43,471 nucleotides of DNA from Lachnospiraceae bacterium (GTDB lineage: Bacteria > Bacillota_I > Bacilli_A > RFN20 > CAG-826). The notes below the pieces were generated by a model. It was not told where the DNA came from and made no database searches. It was given only the letters and a program-made list of their open reading frames with translations. Made by a program: the position numbers and the translations under genes. Below, piece after piece: positions 1 through 9,798 of the stretch. Each line of letters begins with the position of its first letter. Position 1 is the stretch's first letter. The stretch covers positions 1-43,471 of the forward strand of contig CAVKPZ010000003.1 of the NCBI GenBank assembly GCA_963658395.1, written 5' to 3'.

Positions 1-253
1 TGGAATTCGGACTCAAAAAAAGAGGTTTGATAGTATAAATGCTGAAAAGTTTAGGTTCTAGAAAAGCTTTCAAAACGTTATTTGCTTGTTTTCCCGCAGT
101 AATCGAGCGTTTTTCTTTTTTGAAATTCGGTACTTGACCAATTTTATAGCGCACGCACAATAGGCGCATTGCCACAACCGTAAGTGGTGCGTCGCTATCG
201 CTATGCCTCATCAGTCCTTGAGAGGGAAGAGAAAGCGGCGCTGAAAGGAAAAG

Positions 254-2506
254 ATGAAAAAGAAACTGATGATCATCTCCGTCTCGGGCCTGCTTGCTCT
301 TGGCGGACTTACCACGATCGGCGCTGTGGCTGGCGCGGGGGGGTCTCTAAGCCTCACTAAAGCGGCCAGCACGCACGCTGATCATTCCGACTCCGACGGC
401 GAGGAGCATGCCTTCTACGCCCCCGGCGTTAAAGACGACAAGGGCATTGCCTACGCGACGGGCAACAAGCCCTATTGGAGATGCAACGCGTGCTGCTCTA
501 GCAGCCCAGACTCGGCTAGATACGACCTCAATGACCACAGCAAGGCGCTGAGCCTTTCTGACGTCCAGATCCCCGCGCTGACGAAAGTCGATTCATCCAA
601 GGTCGCCTCGGGCGACGGGATCGCGAACGTCAACACCGCGAAATTCAAATACGTCGACCAGGGCGAAAACGGCGTCTCCGGCAAAGAGGGGACTTCCACC
701 CCTTGGTACGTTCAAGACGAAGGCAAGACCGCGGTTTACTTCTCCGCCTCCGGGAGGACGGCGCAAGACAAGAATTGCTCTGAATTCCGTTTCACCGTCC
801 CTGAGGAATACAAAAAGGACTGCGTCTCTGTCACTTTTTCCTACAAATATGAAAACTGGGGAGAGGGGGCCGTTTCGGGCGGCTCGATGAGCGAGCCGAG
901 CGCTTTCAAAGCGATGGTCCAGTTCAAAGACATCACTTCCGCGGAAATCGAGGGCGTGGATTCGAACAGTTACTCCGACTATAAAGGCTTAAATATCACC
1001 GGCGAGTTCGAGAACCACGCGAGTGAATGGCGGAGCATCACGCTTAAATACGCGGATGCCGCCGGAAAAAACGACCAGACCACCAATTTCACCGATTTCA
1101 TCATTAAATTCGCTGATCTCCGCGGCTATGTGATGATCTCTGGGCTTTCTTATAAAACAGAGGAACCCGTTACCATTGATAAAACTGGCTCTTCGGACGT
1201 CACAATCGGGCGCAGCGCCAAACTCACCCTTTCTTCTGGCTCAGCCACATCCTGGTCTTCTAGCGATGATAGCGTCGCGACGGTTGACGACGATGGCAAC
1301 GTGACCGCGAAGAAAATCGGATCCGCCGTCATTACTGCGATCGGCTCAACAAATAGCGACACTGTCACAATCAACGTCGTCGCACCGACTTCGATTGACG
1401 GCACGAGCCTTCCTTCTTCTTATACGGCGAGCGCCACTCATACTTACGACGTGCCCGTGGTCCATAGCGGAGCTAGTACCAGCGATCCCTACGACTTCAT
1501 TCCGAATTCTTCGGTTACTTTGAAAGATTCTTCAGGGAACGCTACCGAAACAGAAGTTCCGACGATGAAACTTTCTCCTGGGGAAATTAGCGCTGCCGGC
1601 TCTGTCTATAGTGGTTTCTTCTTAAAATTCACCATTGAAACCGCCGGGGACTACTGCCTTTTCAGCAACAGCGGAAACAACCCAAAAGTTTGCTATGTTT
1701 ACGCCGTTTCGGAAGATGGGACCGTTGGCGATGGAAAATCCGTATTTAAATATGATAACGGCAGCAAAGGCGTTGGTGCATATCTTTGCCAAACTGGCTC
1801 CGATTGCCATTACGAGCAAACGTTCGAAGTCGGCACCTATATTTTCAACATCGCTGCTTTTGGCACCCCAACAACGGATACCGATTTCGGCATCGTCAAA
1901 GTCACCGCGACTGACGAAACGGCCACTGTTGTCACCCCAATTGTGAGCGCTAGCGGCGATAGCGCCACCAAGACGATCAGCGATTCTTACTCTTTCTCCT
2001 ACCTTCAAAATAGCGCCTATTACCTGGCGGATAAGGATTGCGGTGTTGGAACGATAGATGGAGTCCTTCACGCTTATTCTAAAGTCGATGATGACTACAT
2101 CTATGGCGACGCCTTGCCAATCGATCCTTCTTATTTGGATGGGTGCTTTGGATGGGACGCCATTCTGACGGACGCGAATCTTAACTACATTTCCACCGAT
2201 ATCGATAAGCATATCGACTCCTTTGCGATCGATTTCAACGAGGATCTAAAGGATGAGACAAGCCCCATAATCTATTTCCTCACTGGGCTTAATATCGACA
2301 AGGGTTTGCTTGATTCCTTCAACGTCGAGTCGGATTACGTGAATAAGACCGTATCTTTCTCCGTGACTTTCAAAGGCGAGACGAACCCTGTTGCTCTCTC
2401 TATCGAAAGCATCAGCGAGCTTCCCGTCACGGTGAATAGCTACGACGTCCCCAATAAGGGCGAGGCCGGAGAAGATTCCGGCGTCATCGACGAATGGGGC
2501 GAATAA
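254..2506 (+). CDS. Secreted surface protein with bacterial Ig-like (Big_2) domain; function unknown
   Basis: 750-aa ORF with ATG at 254 preceded by GAAAGGAA. N-terminal hydrophobic signal peptide (MKKKLMIISVSGLLALGGLTTIGAVAGAGG) without a lipobox Cys. The segment VTIGRSAKLTLSSGSATSWSSSDDSVATVDDDGNVTAKKIGSAVITAIGS..TINVV (nt ~1198-1383) fits the Big_2 consensus. No catalytic motif recognised. Confidence 0.6.
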   Translation: MKKKLMIISVSGLLALGGLTTIGAVAGAGGSLSLTKAASTHADHSDSDGEEHAFYAPGVKDDKGIAYATGNKPYWRCNACCSSSPDSARYDLNDHSKALSLSDVQIPALTKVDSSKVASGDGIANVNTAKFKYVDQGENGVSGKEGTSTPWYVQDEGKTAVYFSASGRTAQDKNCSEFRFTVPEEYKKDCVSVTFSYKYENWGEGAVSGGSMSEPSAFKAMVQFKDITSAEIEGVDSNSYSDYKGLNITGEFENHASEWRSITLKYADAAGKNDQTTNFTDFIIKFADLRGYVMISGLSYKTEEPVTIDKTGSSDVTIGRSAKLTLSSGSATSWSSSDDSVATVDDDGNVTAKKIGSAVITAIGSTNSDTVTINVVAPTSIDGTSLPSSYTASATHTYDVPVVHSGASTSDPYDFIPNSSVTLKDSSGNATETEVPTMKLSPGEISAAGSVYSGFFLKFTIETAGDYCLFSNSGNNPKVCYVYAVSEDGTVGDGKSVFKYDNGSKGVGAYLCQTGSDCHYEQTFEVGTYIFNIAAFGTPTTDTDFGIVKVTATDETATVVTPIVSASGDSATKTISDSYSFSYLQNSAYYLADKDCGVGTIDGVLHAYSKVDDDYIYGDALPIDPSYLDGCFGWDAILTDANLNYISTDIDKHIDSFAIDFNEDLKDETSPIIYFLTGLNIDKGLLDSFNVESDYVNKTVSFSVTFKGETNPVALSIESISELPVTVNSYDVPNKGEAGEDSGVIDEWGE
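337..343 (+). repeat. Poly-G(7) homopolymer inside the signal-peptide codons of the 254-2506 gene
   Basis: Read directly: gcg ggg ggg tct, codons A28-G29-G30-S31. It is the only G/C run of 7 or more that I found by eye in the window. Confidence 0.9.
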
Positions 2507-2520
2507 AGGAGGCAAGAACA

Positions 2521-5500
2521 ATGAAAAAGCAAAATATTTTGATTCTCTCTCTTGCGGCCGTCGCGGGCATGGCGCTCACTGGCTGCAACTTGACTCCGTC
2601 CGATTCAAGTGGCGAGACGACTCCGGATGCCAGCATTATCGAAGACGAAGTTGAGACCGCGGACGAAGTTGGCACGAAGGTCACCCTCCGTAATGCCGTT
2701 ACCCCGAGCGCGCAAGTCAATATGTCTAGCGCCTTCGGGTATCAGATCATCGGTAGGACCGCTTCGACCATGTCGGTACGCATTATTGCGGTGGTGGACG
2801 ATTACAAGAACCTAGCTTCCGCCAGCGTTACCTCCAAAGTCGTCTCTGCCCGCACGAGCAAAGACGTCTCCGCGGACGATGAAAAGGTGATAAAAGCTGA
2901 GAAGACATTCAAGGTTTCCGAGGTCTATTCCTCTTTATCCGATTCCGCGAACATCTCTTGGAACGGCACCGTTGAAAGCACGTTCACCAAGAAGTACTAC
3001 ATTGTCTATACCTTAAAGAACGTCCCCGTCGCCAATTACTTTGACACGATCATCGTGAAGTTCTCCGCGACCTCCATGAGCGAAGACAGCAAGGAGTTCA
3101 CCGTGAACGCCTATGGCGCTGCCGGATGGGACAGCAGGCTAACGGCTACTAAAATAAGCGACACGGACAGCGATTATTCCCTGACCGCTGCTTACGATAA
3201 GGGTGCTGATCTTAACATTCCTTCTGACTATTATTCGGTCACGGATTGCTATGCGACTAAAATTGGCATTATCACCACGATTGGGGCTAAGGCTTTTACG
3301 AATAACGTCAATAAGCTTACTTTGCCTAACTCCATCACCACGATTGAAGCCAATGCTTTCTATTATGCAAACGTCGCCGAGATGAACGTCCCCTCTAGCT
3401 TGGTTTCCATTGCTGCCGGTACTTTTAAGGGCTCCTGCAAAGTCACGAAGCTTATCTATGAAGTCCCGAATCTGGTCAACACGAATGATACGGGCATCTA
3501 TGCGACGAACATCGTCGTTTCCAAAAACGTCCAATCCATCCCGAACAAGTTCTTCAATTCGAGCAACAAACCCGAATCGATCACCTTTGAGGGAACGGAA
3601 AGCAAATGGGATGCGATGAAAACGGAAGCCAACGCTTCCAGCGGATTCTATTATCTGGACGTCGTTTGCAGCGACACCACCTATAGCACCGTCACCTTCC
3701 ATTATGGCGAAGGGAAACTCGGCACCGTCACTGGAGACGTTGAGATTTCAGCAAGAAACAACAGGACTATTGATAATCCTGGCAGCCCGGTTCTTTCTGG
3801 GCAAGAGTTCAAAGGCTGGTTTACCGATGAAGCGGGGACAAGCGCCTTCGACTTCAGCGATTTCATCACCGCGAATGTAGACCTCTACGCCGTCTATGGC
3901 GAGCCCGCGGCCGGCTATAGCTTCGCTAACCCCCTTGAGGTGACGCCTGGCTCTACGAATAGCTTCTCCGCTTCGCTTTATCCAGGCAAAGAATACGAGT
4001 ACATCAAGCTCACGGTTCCTGAAACCGAAGATAGCGAAGGGGATTGGTACTACTTCTCCGTGGATGAGGATAACTCAAGCAAAGATAGTAGCACCTCCAC
4101 CTGCACCTCAGGCATTGACGGCGATATAACCGTTTACGATTCAAGCCAAACCGCCATCACCGTGGACAAGGGATGGTCCATCAAAAACACCGGCGTGGCT
4201 CAATATCAGACCGCTTATGAGACTGGTGCCGTCCGCATTTTCGCTAAACCTGGCGAGACCTATTTCATCAAGGCTTCCATCACCCGTTCTTATTACAGCG
4301 GGATGGGCCAGTACAACTACGGGACGATCGCGATGAATTTCTTCACCTTTGCTAATGACTCCGCTCCGGAAGCCATCACGATGAGCAAAGGCGAGGCGGT
4401 CACCCCGAACATCGTTGATACGGATCAGCATCTCATCTACAAGTTCGTCGCCTCGACCAGCGAGTCCCTCGTTTTCTCTAAGGCGGACACGAACAGCGTC
4501 TACACGAGCATCACAATCGTGGATGCCTCCGCCCCTTCGACCGCGATCGTCAGCAAGAGCGGAACGGGCGCATCTAGCTTCGGACTCGACGTCCGGGCGG
4601 GGCACACCTATTACATCGAGCTTTCCCAAAACTACGTCTCTTCCGCGGATAAGCCGATCAGCCTGATGATTTCCGACGCCCCTCAGGGGTATACGAAAGC
4701 CAATCCTTTGGACTATTCCTTAGGCGATACAAAGACGGTCAGCCAGATCTACACCTCTGCTGACAACTACAAGTCCGGCGCTTACTATTCCTTCGCCGTG
4801 ACGGAAACTGGGCTCTATGGCGTCACCACAAGCGTTGGTTCCACTTCTTATTATCAGAGCGTCATCATTTATGATTCGACGGGCTCGGCCATAACAGGCG
4901 GAACCCTGAAGAGCGCTTCTTCTGGCAAGGCTTTGACCGCGAGCGAGGTCACCCTTGAGGCTGGCTCTTACACCGCTTTCGTGGGCTATGACAACTCGTC
5001 AAATTACTCTTCCATTTCCTCATGGAAGGACTTCGATTTCCGCGTCTACAAGATCGCTGAAGGCGATTCGATCAACTTGCCCTCGCTCATCACCCCGACT
5101 TTAGACGCGGACACCACTTTAGCTGGCTCTACTAGCGGCAGATTCTATAAATTTACCGCTACCGCGGATAATTTCCTCATTATCGATGTCTCTAGCATCT
5201 CAAGCGGATCTACCGTGGTGCTTCTTGACACAACGGGCAAGAGCCTCAAGCCCGCTTCGAATGGCAGAATCGTTTACAAGACGACCTCAGGGGATTCCTA
5301 CATCGTCAAGGTGAGCGGGGCGGACGCCAACGAGACCGTCAAGTTCTCGCGAGCTGACTCCGTCGAAACCGGCGAAAATGCGGAAACGGCCTATTCCTTG
5401 AATCTTGGCTCTGATGGGCTTGTCGACCTTACAAGTTACGCGAATGCATCGAGCGCAACTTCGATTTTCTTCAAATACACCGCGCCTTCAACTGCCACTT

Positions 5501-6540
5501 ACAAACTCTTCTTCCAAGCCACCAAAGATGGCGCGCCGGCAAGCGGAAACGTCCCCGATAGCAAGATCGAAGGCGTCTATGATTCGACAACGAGCACAAC
5601 GGCACTAACTTCAATCGTTAACGAAGACGATGACAAAGGCGCCCACGCCGAAACCTTGGGGGTTCGTTACAGCGGATACGCTGAATACGCCTTCACCGCA
5701 GGGACAACCTATTATCTCAAACTGAAGGTTCCTACCCTTGGCACGATGGCGGATACTCTTAAGTTCGGCGTGAAAGAAAAGACCGTCGGCAGCTCTTCGG
5801 ATCTTCCTGATACCGGAGCAACCATCGACGCAAGTTCGACTTCCGTTAGCGTCGGCGGGAACGCGGAGGGCTATTGGAGCACCGTCAAATTTGACGTATC
5901 CAAGAAGTTCACCTTCACCCTTCCTGACGCGAATACCACGATTGTAATTTACAAAGCCACCGACGCGAAGACTCCGCTTCTTACCTTAAGCGGAACCGAG
6001 ACGTCAGAAGAAACGATCTTCGCCGCAGGAGATTACCTCTTCTATTGCCAAATCACTGACGCAAGCGAGAAGACTTCCGTCAGCGTCTCCTTGGCTCAAA
6101 CAGATCTCCCGGATTATGTCTTCGTGAATGCCGGCGGTAACGAAAGTGCCCCGAGCGAAGATAGCCCCTATAAATGGAGTTATGACGAAGCCGCTGATAT
6201 GTGGACAAGCGGAAACAAAGGGGTTGGAAACACCTGCTCAAAGATGAGCTATACCTTCTATAGCGCGGGCACCCTTACCTTTAAGTATTACGCTAGTGGC
6301 GAAAAAAATTACGACTATTTGAAAGTTACCCATAACTCCACGGCCGTTGTCAACAATGCTGGCGGAGACCATACGAGCGTGACAAATTTCTCCGATGTCA
6401 CTGATGCCGATTTCACAGAAGTTACCATCACGGTGGCTTCCGGCGATACGGTTGACATCGTCTACCGTAAAGATAGTTCTGGTAACAAAGGCCTTGATTC
6501 CGCTTACATCAAGAATCTTCTCTTCACGAAAGCCGCTTGA
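2521..6540 (+). CDS. Giant modular surface lipoprotein (BspA-type LRR + Listeria-Bacteroides repeat + about six PPC-like repeats + C-terminal jelly-roll-like module)
   Basis: The track ORF starts at 2494, but AGGAGG at 2508-2513 sits 7 nt before ATG 2521. From 2521 the product starts MKKQNILILSLAAVAGMALTGC (lipobox LTGC). LRR_5/BspA-like pattern ITTIGAKAFTNNVNKLTLPNSITTIEANAFYYANVAEMNVPSSLVSIAAGTF (nt ~3268-3620). Flg_new-type repeat TVTFHYGEG...GQEFKGWFTDEAGTSAFDF...VDLYAVY (nt ~3689-3900). Repeated PPC-like units lie between nt ~3901 and 6110. Confidence 0.7.
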   Translation: MKKQNILILSLAAVAGMALTGCNLTPSDSSGETTPDASIIEDEVETADEVGTKVTLRNAVTPSAQVNMSSAFGYQIIGRTASTMSVRIIAVVDDYKNLASASVTSKVVSARTSKDVSADDEKVIKAEKTFKVSEVYSSLSDSANISWNGTVESTFTKKYYIVYTLKNVPVANYFDTIIVKFSATSMSEDSKEFTVNAYGAAGWDSRLTATKISDTDSDYSLTAAYDKGADLNIPSDYYSVTDCYATKIGIITTIGAKAFTNNVNKLTLPNSITTIEANAFYYANVAEMNVPSSLVSIAAGTFKGSCKVTKLIYEVPNLVNTNDTGIYATNIVVSKNVQSIPNKFFNSSNKPESITFEGTESKWDAMKTEANASSGFYYLDVVCSDTTYSTVTFHYGEGKLGTVTGDVEISARNNRTIDNPGSPVLSGQEFKGWFTDEAGTSAFDFSDFITANVDLYAVYGEPAAGYSFANPLEVTPGSTNSFSASLYPGKEYEYIKLTVPETEDSEGDWYYFSVDEDNSSKDSSTSTCTSGIDGDITVYDSSQTAITVDKGWSIKNTGVAQYQTAYETGAVRIFAKPGETYFIKASITRSYYSGMGQYNYGTIAMNFFTFANDSAPEAITMSKGEAVTPNIVDTDQHLIYKFVASTSESLVFSKADTNSVYTSITIVDASAPSTAIVSKSGTGASSFGLDVRAGHTYYIELSQNYVSSADKPISLMISDAPQGYTKANPLDYSLGDTKTVSQIYTSADNYKSGAYYSFAVTETGLYGVTTSVGSTSYYQSVIIYDSTGSAITGGTLKSASSGKALTASEVTLEAGSYTAFVGYDNSSNYSSISSWKDFDFRVYKIAEGDSINLPSLITPTLDADTTLAGSTSGRFYKFTATADNFLIIDVSSISSGSTVVLLDTTGKSLKPASNGRIVYKTTSGDSYIVKVSGADANETVKFSRADSVETGENAETAYSLNLGSDGLVDLTSYANASSATSIFFKYTAPSTATYKLFFQATKDGAPASGNVPDSKIEGVYDSTTSTTALTSIVNEDDDKGAHAETLGVRYSGYAEYAFTAGTTYYLKLKVPTLGTMADTLKFGVKEKTVGSSSDLPDTGATIDASSTSVSVGGNAEGYWSTVKFDVSKKFTFTLPDANTTIVIYKATDAKTPLLTLSGTETSEETIFAAGDYLFYCQITDASEKTSVSVSLAQTDLPDYVFVNAGGNESAPSEDSPYKWSYDEAADMWTSGNKGVGNTCSKMSYTFYSAGTLTFKYYASGEKNYDYLKVTHNSTAVVNNAGGDHTSVTNFSDVTDADFTEVTITVASGDTVDIVYRKDSSGNKGLDSAYIKNLLFTKAA

Positions 6541-6552
6541 TTTTATCTTCCT

Positions 6553-6597
6553 GAGCTAGCCCAAGTTCGGTCTTGGGCTAGCTCTTTGTCCGTTTTT
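6553..6597 (+). terminator. Rho-independent terminator closing the 254-6540 operon
   Basis: Perfect 13-bp stem GAGCTAGCCCAAG / CTTGGGCTAGCTC (6553-6565 and 6572-6584) with loop TTCGGT, followed by TTTGTCCGTTTTT. Confidence 0.8.
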
Positions 6598-6633
6598 AAT
6601 ACTAACGATATCTAATGTTTTAAGGAGGAATTC

Positions 6634-8946
6634 ATGAAAAAGAATGCGCTACTTATCTTAGCGACATCCGCCTTGCTCGCTTTAGCGGGCTGCAATGGTT
6701 CACCCGATGAGTCTTCTTCGTCCGTTGCTTCTAGCCTAACGCCCGAATCGATTTCGTCTGATTTAACTCCAGCCTCTTCTGACGAGGCCTCTTCTCCCGA
6801 TGTAACTATTGATCGAAACTCAGAATCCCAAGAAGAAGTATCCTCGGAGCAATCCTCGGAGGAGTCTTCTGAATCTTCTGATTCTTGGGGATCTTCGGAG
6901 TCTGCCGTAAAAGAGTACGACATCTCTGCGGAGAGCGACGAGGGGGCTAAGGTTACCCTGAAAATAGAGAAGGCCCCCGCGGGAAGCGAGGTCCATTTTT
7001 CGGTCTTTGTTTTGAATGGGTTCTCTTTAGAAGGAGTAAGCGCCAAAGCAGGCTCTACCGAGCTTGACATTGTTGTTGGCCTAGACGGGGATTATTCCTT
7101 CGTGATGCCTAAAAGAGGCGTCGCGATCAAAGTCACGACGTCTAGAAAATCCTATAAGCTCACCACAAGCGACCCCGGCGGTTTCTTGAAAAGCGTCGAG
7201 CAAAAGAAGGTGGGCTCTAGCTCTTATGGGGATTTGGACGTCGTCACCACAGAAAGCGAGCCGGATGAAGAAGGGGAGACCGTGACTTCCTTTTACAAAG
7301 TCGCGCAGTATGGCGCGGAGATTCTATTGACCTTTAATACCTCCGTGAATAACTACGATCTCGCGGGGATCACCGTGAACGGGGTCGCCACCGAACTAAA
7401 AGCCGGGACGGAGACCTATTCCTTCGTGATGGGTGCGGAAGATAGCAGCGTCTCTATCTCCTATTCCTATAAGAGCGTCGCCTTCGAGCTCGTCGGCTCG
7501 GAGCATATCGGCCTCTCTCTTTACGCGGATTCCTCCTGCAAAGAGGAGATCACGGATTCTTATATTCCTTACAAGACAGCTTATTTGAAAGCCACGCCTA
7601 GCAGTGAGGGATATGGAGCCAAGACAGTCACTTGCACCTATACCTCAACTAGTGGCACCCTCACGAAGAAAGACCTCACCTCCTTATATGATGGGGATAC
7701 CGGCTTGTATTCCTTCACCTACCCGATGGCCTCGGGGGTTGTGAGCATTGCCCTCACGGAGTACGACCTGCGCGCCTACGAAAGCGCCTCCTTCGTCGGA
7801 AACTACCTCAATCTCGACCTCAGCTATGGGCCAACTAAGGATTACGACTCCTTCACGGAGAAATCCTCGATGAAGATCCTGGGGTCAGGGGATCTCGTGT
7901 ATGCGCGGACCGAGTCAAGCGTCTATTCCTCTTTCTCGATCTCCTCTTACGAAGAGAAGGATGGGACGGGCCTCATCCAACTGCAGGATGGGGGCAGCTA
8001 CGCGCTTCCTACGATCGCCTACTCAAGCCATCTATTGGTCTTCGACACCTATCTGAAGAGCGCCGTCTCCTCTTCTAGCGACCTTGTTGTGTCGCTTAAG
8101 AAAGAGAAGGAAAACGGCGATTATTCGCTCAAAGCCACCCAGTTCAAGATCGGCGAGGTCACCTATGCCTTGGCTTGCTTCTATGAGGGGGATGCCTCCC
8201 TTGAGAACATCCTCATCGAACGCGTCAAAGGCGACTACACGAAGAACACCATCCATTTCGGCGTGAGCGTAGAGATGCTTGAAGGGACTTCCGTGAATGA
8301 AGAGAAGGCGATCTTCCGCGTCAAAGAGGGCGACTCCACCCTCCTTAGCGTCGGCTATGTCGAGGAGGGGACGGCGAAAAGCCGCGTCGAACTTGGCGAG
8401 GAATACGGGACCTACACGGATAGCGAGGGCAAATCGCTTTATCTCAACGGCTCAGGCAGCGCGACTTACGCCGGGGCCTCCTACGGATATAGCCTCGATG
8501 AAGACGGCGTGGCCATCACACTCAATAGCAATGACGGGGTTATCACCGGGACAATCGATAAAGCCAGCATGTCCTTCATCGTCGATAAAAAAGAAGAAGC
8601 TTCGATGCCTTGGATGGGAAAAACCTATAAAGGAACCCCACAGTGGAACTCTTCTGACGATGATACCTCTAGTTCTTACGCCTACTCCGTCACGTTCTCT
8701 TCTGACGGATACACCCTTTCTTGGAAGGAGTTCTCATCTGCGAATTACGTGGCAAAGGACGTAGCTTACGAGGTCGAAAGTGGGAACGTGATTAAGACCA
8801 AATTCTACAACAGCGGCTATACCCTTGAAAAAAGCAACGGTACTTCCATCACCCTCACTTACAACGCCTCCGGGGACTATTTCACCGCCAAGGGTGGATT
8901 TACTGCGGCCTACTTCCAAAACACGAAGCTGAGCCTCGTCTCATAA
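6634..8946 (+). CDS. Surface lipoprotein, 770 aa, with three InlB-B-repeat-like modules; function unknown
   Basis: AAGGAGG at 6622-6628 precedes ATG 6634. Signal peptide MKKNALLILATSALLALAGC (lipobox LAGC) is followed by a ~75-aa Ser/Glu/Asp-rich linker. Module EYDISAESDEGAKVTLKIEKAPAGSEVHFSVFVLNGFSLEGV...YSFVMPKRGVAIKVT occurs here and twice more in degenerate form. Confidence 0.7.
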   Translation: MKKNALLILATSALLALAGCNGSPDESSSSVASSLTPESISSDLTPASSDEASSPDVTIDRNSESQEEVSSEQSSEESSESSDSWGSSESAVKEYDISAESDEGAKVTLKIEKAPAGSEVHFSVFVLNGFSLEGVSAKAGSTELDIVVGLDGDYSFVMPKRGVAIKVTTSRKSYKLTTSDPGGFLKSVEQKKVGSSSYGDLDVVTTESEPDEEGETVTSFYKVAQYGAEILLTFNTSVNNYDLAGITVNGVATELKAGTETYSFVMGAEDSSVSISYSYKSVAFELVGSEHIGLSLYADSSCKEEITDSYIPYKTAYLKATPSSEGYGAKTVTCTYTSTSGTLTKKDLTSLYDGDTGLYSFTYPMASGVVSIALTEYDLRAYESASFVGNYLNLDLSYGPTKDYDSFTEKSSMKILGSGDLVYARTESSVYSSFSISSYEEKDGTGLIQLQDGGSYALPTIAYSSHLLVFDTYLKSAVSSSSDLVVSLKKEKENGDYSLKATQFKIGEVTYALACFYEGDASLENILIERVKGDYTKNTIHFGVSVEMLEGTSVNEEKAIFRVKEGDSTLLSVGYVEEGTAKSRVELGEEYGTYTDSEGKSLYLNGSGSATYAGASYGYSLDEDGVAITLNSNDGVITGTIDKASMSFIVDKKEEASMPWMGKTYKGTPQWNSSDDDTSSSYAYSVTFSSDGYTLSWKEFSSANYVAKDVAYEVESGNVIKTKFYNSGYTLEKSNGTSITLTYNASGDYFTAKGGFTAAYFQNTKLSLVS

Positions 8947-8959
8947 AGAAAGGACACAA

Positions 8960-9781
8960 ATGAAGAAAAGCATTCTCCTATTGCTTGCATCGACTTGCTT
9001 ACTAGCAAGTTGCAACAGCCAGACCCCGCAAGAAGATTCCTCCTCAAGCGGAGAGACGCCCCCCTCTAGCGAAAGCGCCGATTCGGCGTCTATCGACGAT
9101 GACGTCGATAACACCCCTCTAGAGGATCTAAGCGACATCAGCTCCGGCATCAGCGTCTCGATCTCGGGCTACCTCAACGACATCAGCATCGGGATGTCCC
9201 TCGCTGGGCATTCCACCTACCCGATCTCCTTCACCCTCACCAATAACCCCACCGGGAAAGTGGTAGTCAGAAGCGACAACGAGAACGTCCTCTCCGTCGA
9301 AGTGAGCGCCTCAGGCACGAGCTGGACCTTGCTTACCCATAAGCAAGGGAAGGCCCACCTCATCATCGAGGATGGGGACGGCATCGCTCACTTCCGCACC
9401 ACGGTCACGGTGAAGAAGAAACTGAGCGCGGAAGAAGTGACCGCCTCGCTCTTTGAAGAGGAATTCTTCTACACGGTGCCGGGATTCGAAAGCGCGACCG
9501 GCGACCTCGTCATGTGGTTCGTCGAAGGTAACACCGGCTATATCTCCGGGACGGAATCAGGAGGAGTCACTCTCTACAGCCAATCCTTCACCTACGAATG
9601 GAACCAGGAATACACCTCGATCGCCGAAGAAGCCGACCATTGGTACATCTACAAGGTCAGCAACTGGACGATCAGCGACTTCGTCTTCGATTACTTCGCC
9701 GTGTGGAACACCGGCGATCGCCTCCATGCCCATACGCGCAACGGCCTCTTGGGCATCTTGGAGCCTTCTAGCGAGATCTGA
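8960..9781 (+). CDS. Surface lipoprotein, 273 aa, function unknown
   Basis: AAAGGA lies upstream of ATG 8960. MKKSILLLLASTCLLASC (lipobox LASC) plus an acidic Ser-rich linker. Big_2-like stretch VVVRSDNENVLSVEVSASGTSWTLLTHKQGKAHLII. Only 13 nt downstream of the previous gene. Confidence 0.7.
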   Translation: MKKSILLLLASTCLLASCNSQTPQEDSSSSGETPPSSESADSASIDDDVDNTPLEDLSDISSGISVSISGYLNDISIGMSLAGHSTYPISFTLTNNPTGKVVVRSDNENVLSVEVSASGTSWTLLTHKQGKAHLIIEDGDGIAHFRTTVTVKKKLSAEEVTASLFEEEFFYTVPGFESATGDLVMWFVEGNTGYISGTESGGVTLYSQSFTYEWNQEYTSIAEEADHWYIYKVSNWTISDFVFDYFAVWNTGDRLHAHTRNGLLGILEPSSEI

Positions 9782-9798
9782 TGAAAGGAAACAAACAA

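Noticed and set aside
6700-6900. Short reiterated DNA motifs in the linker-coding region (TCCTCGGAG twice, TCTTCTGA(A/T)TCTTCTGATTCTT), considered as a possible VNTR or contingency repeat.
   Set aside because: These are only two to three imperfect, non-tandem copies. They are better explained by the codon composition of a Ser/Glu-rich linker than by a true tandem repeat array.
6612-7070. 152-aa minus-strand ORF rich in Ser/Glu/Asp (…EDPQESEDSEDSSEDCSEDTSSWDSE…).
   Set aside because: It is the reverse-complement reading of the Ser/Glu-rich linker of the 6634 lipoprotein gene. The low-complexity mirror image keeps the frame open. It has no SD or independent support.
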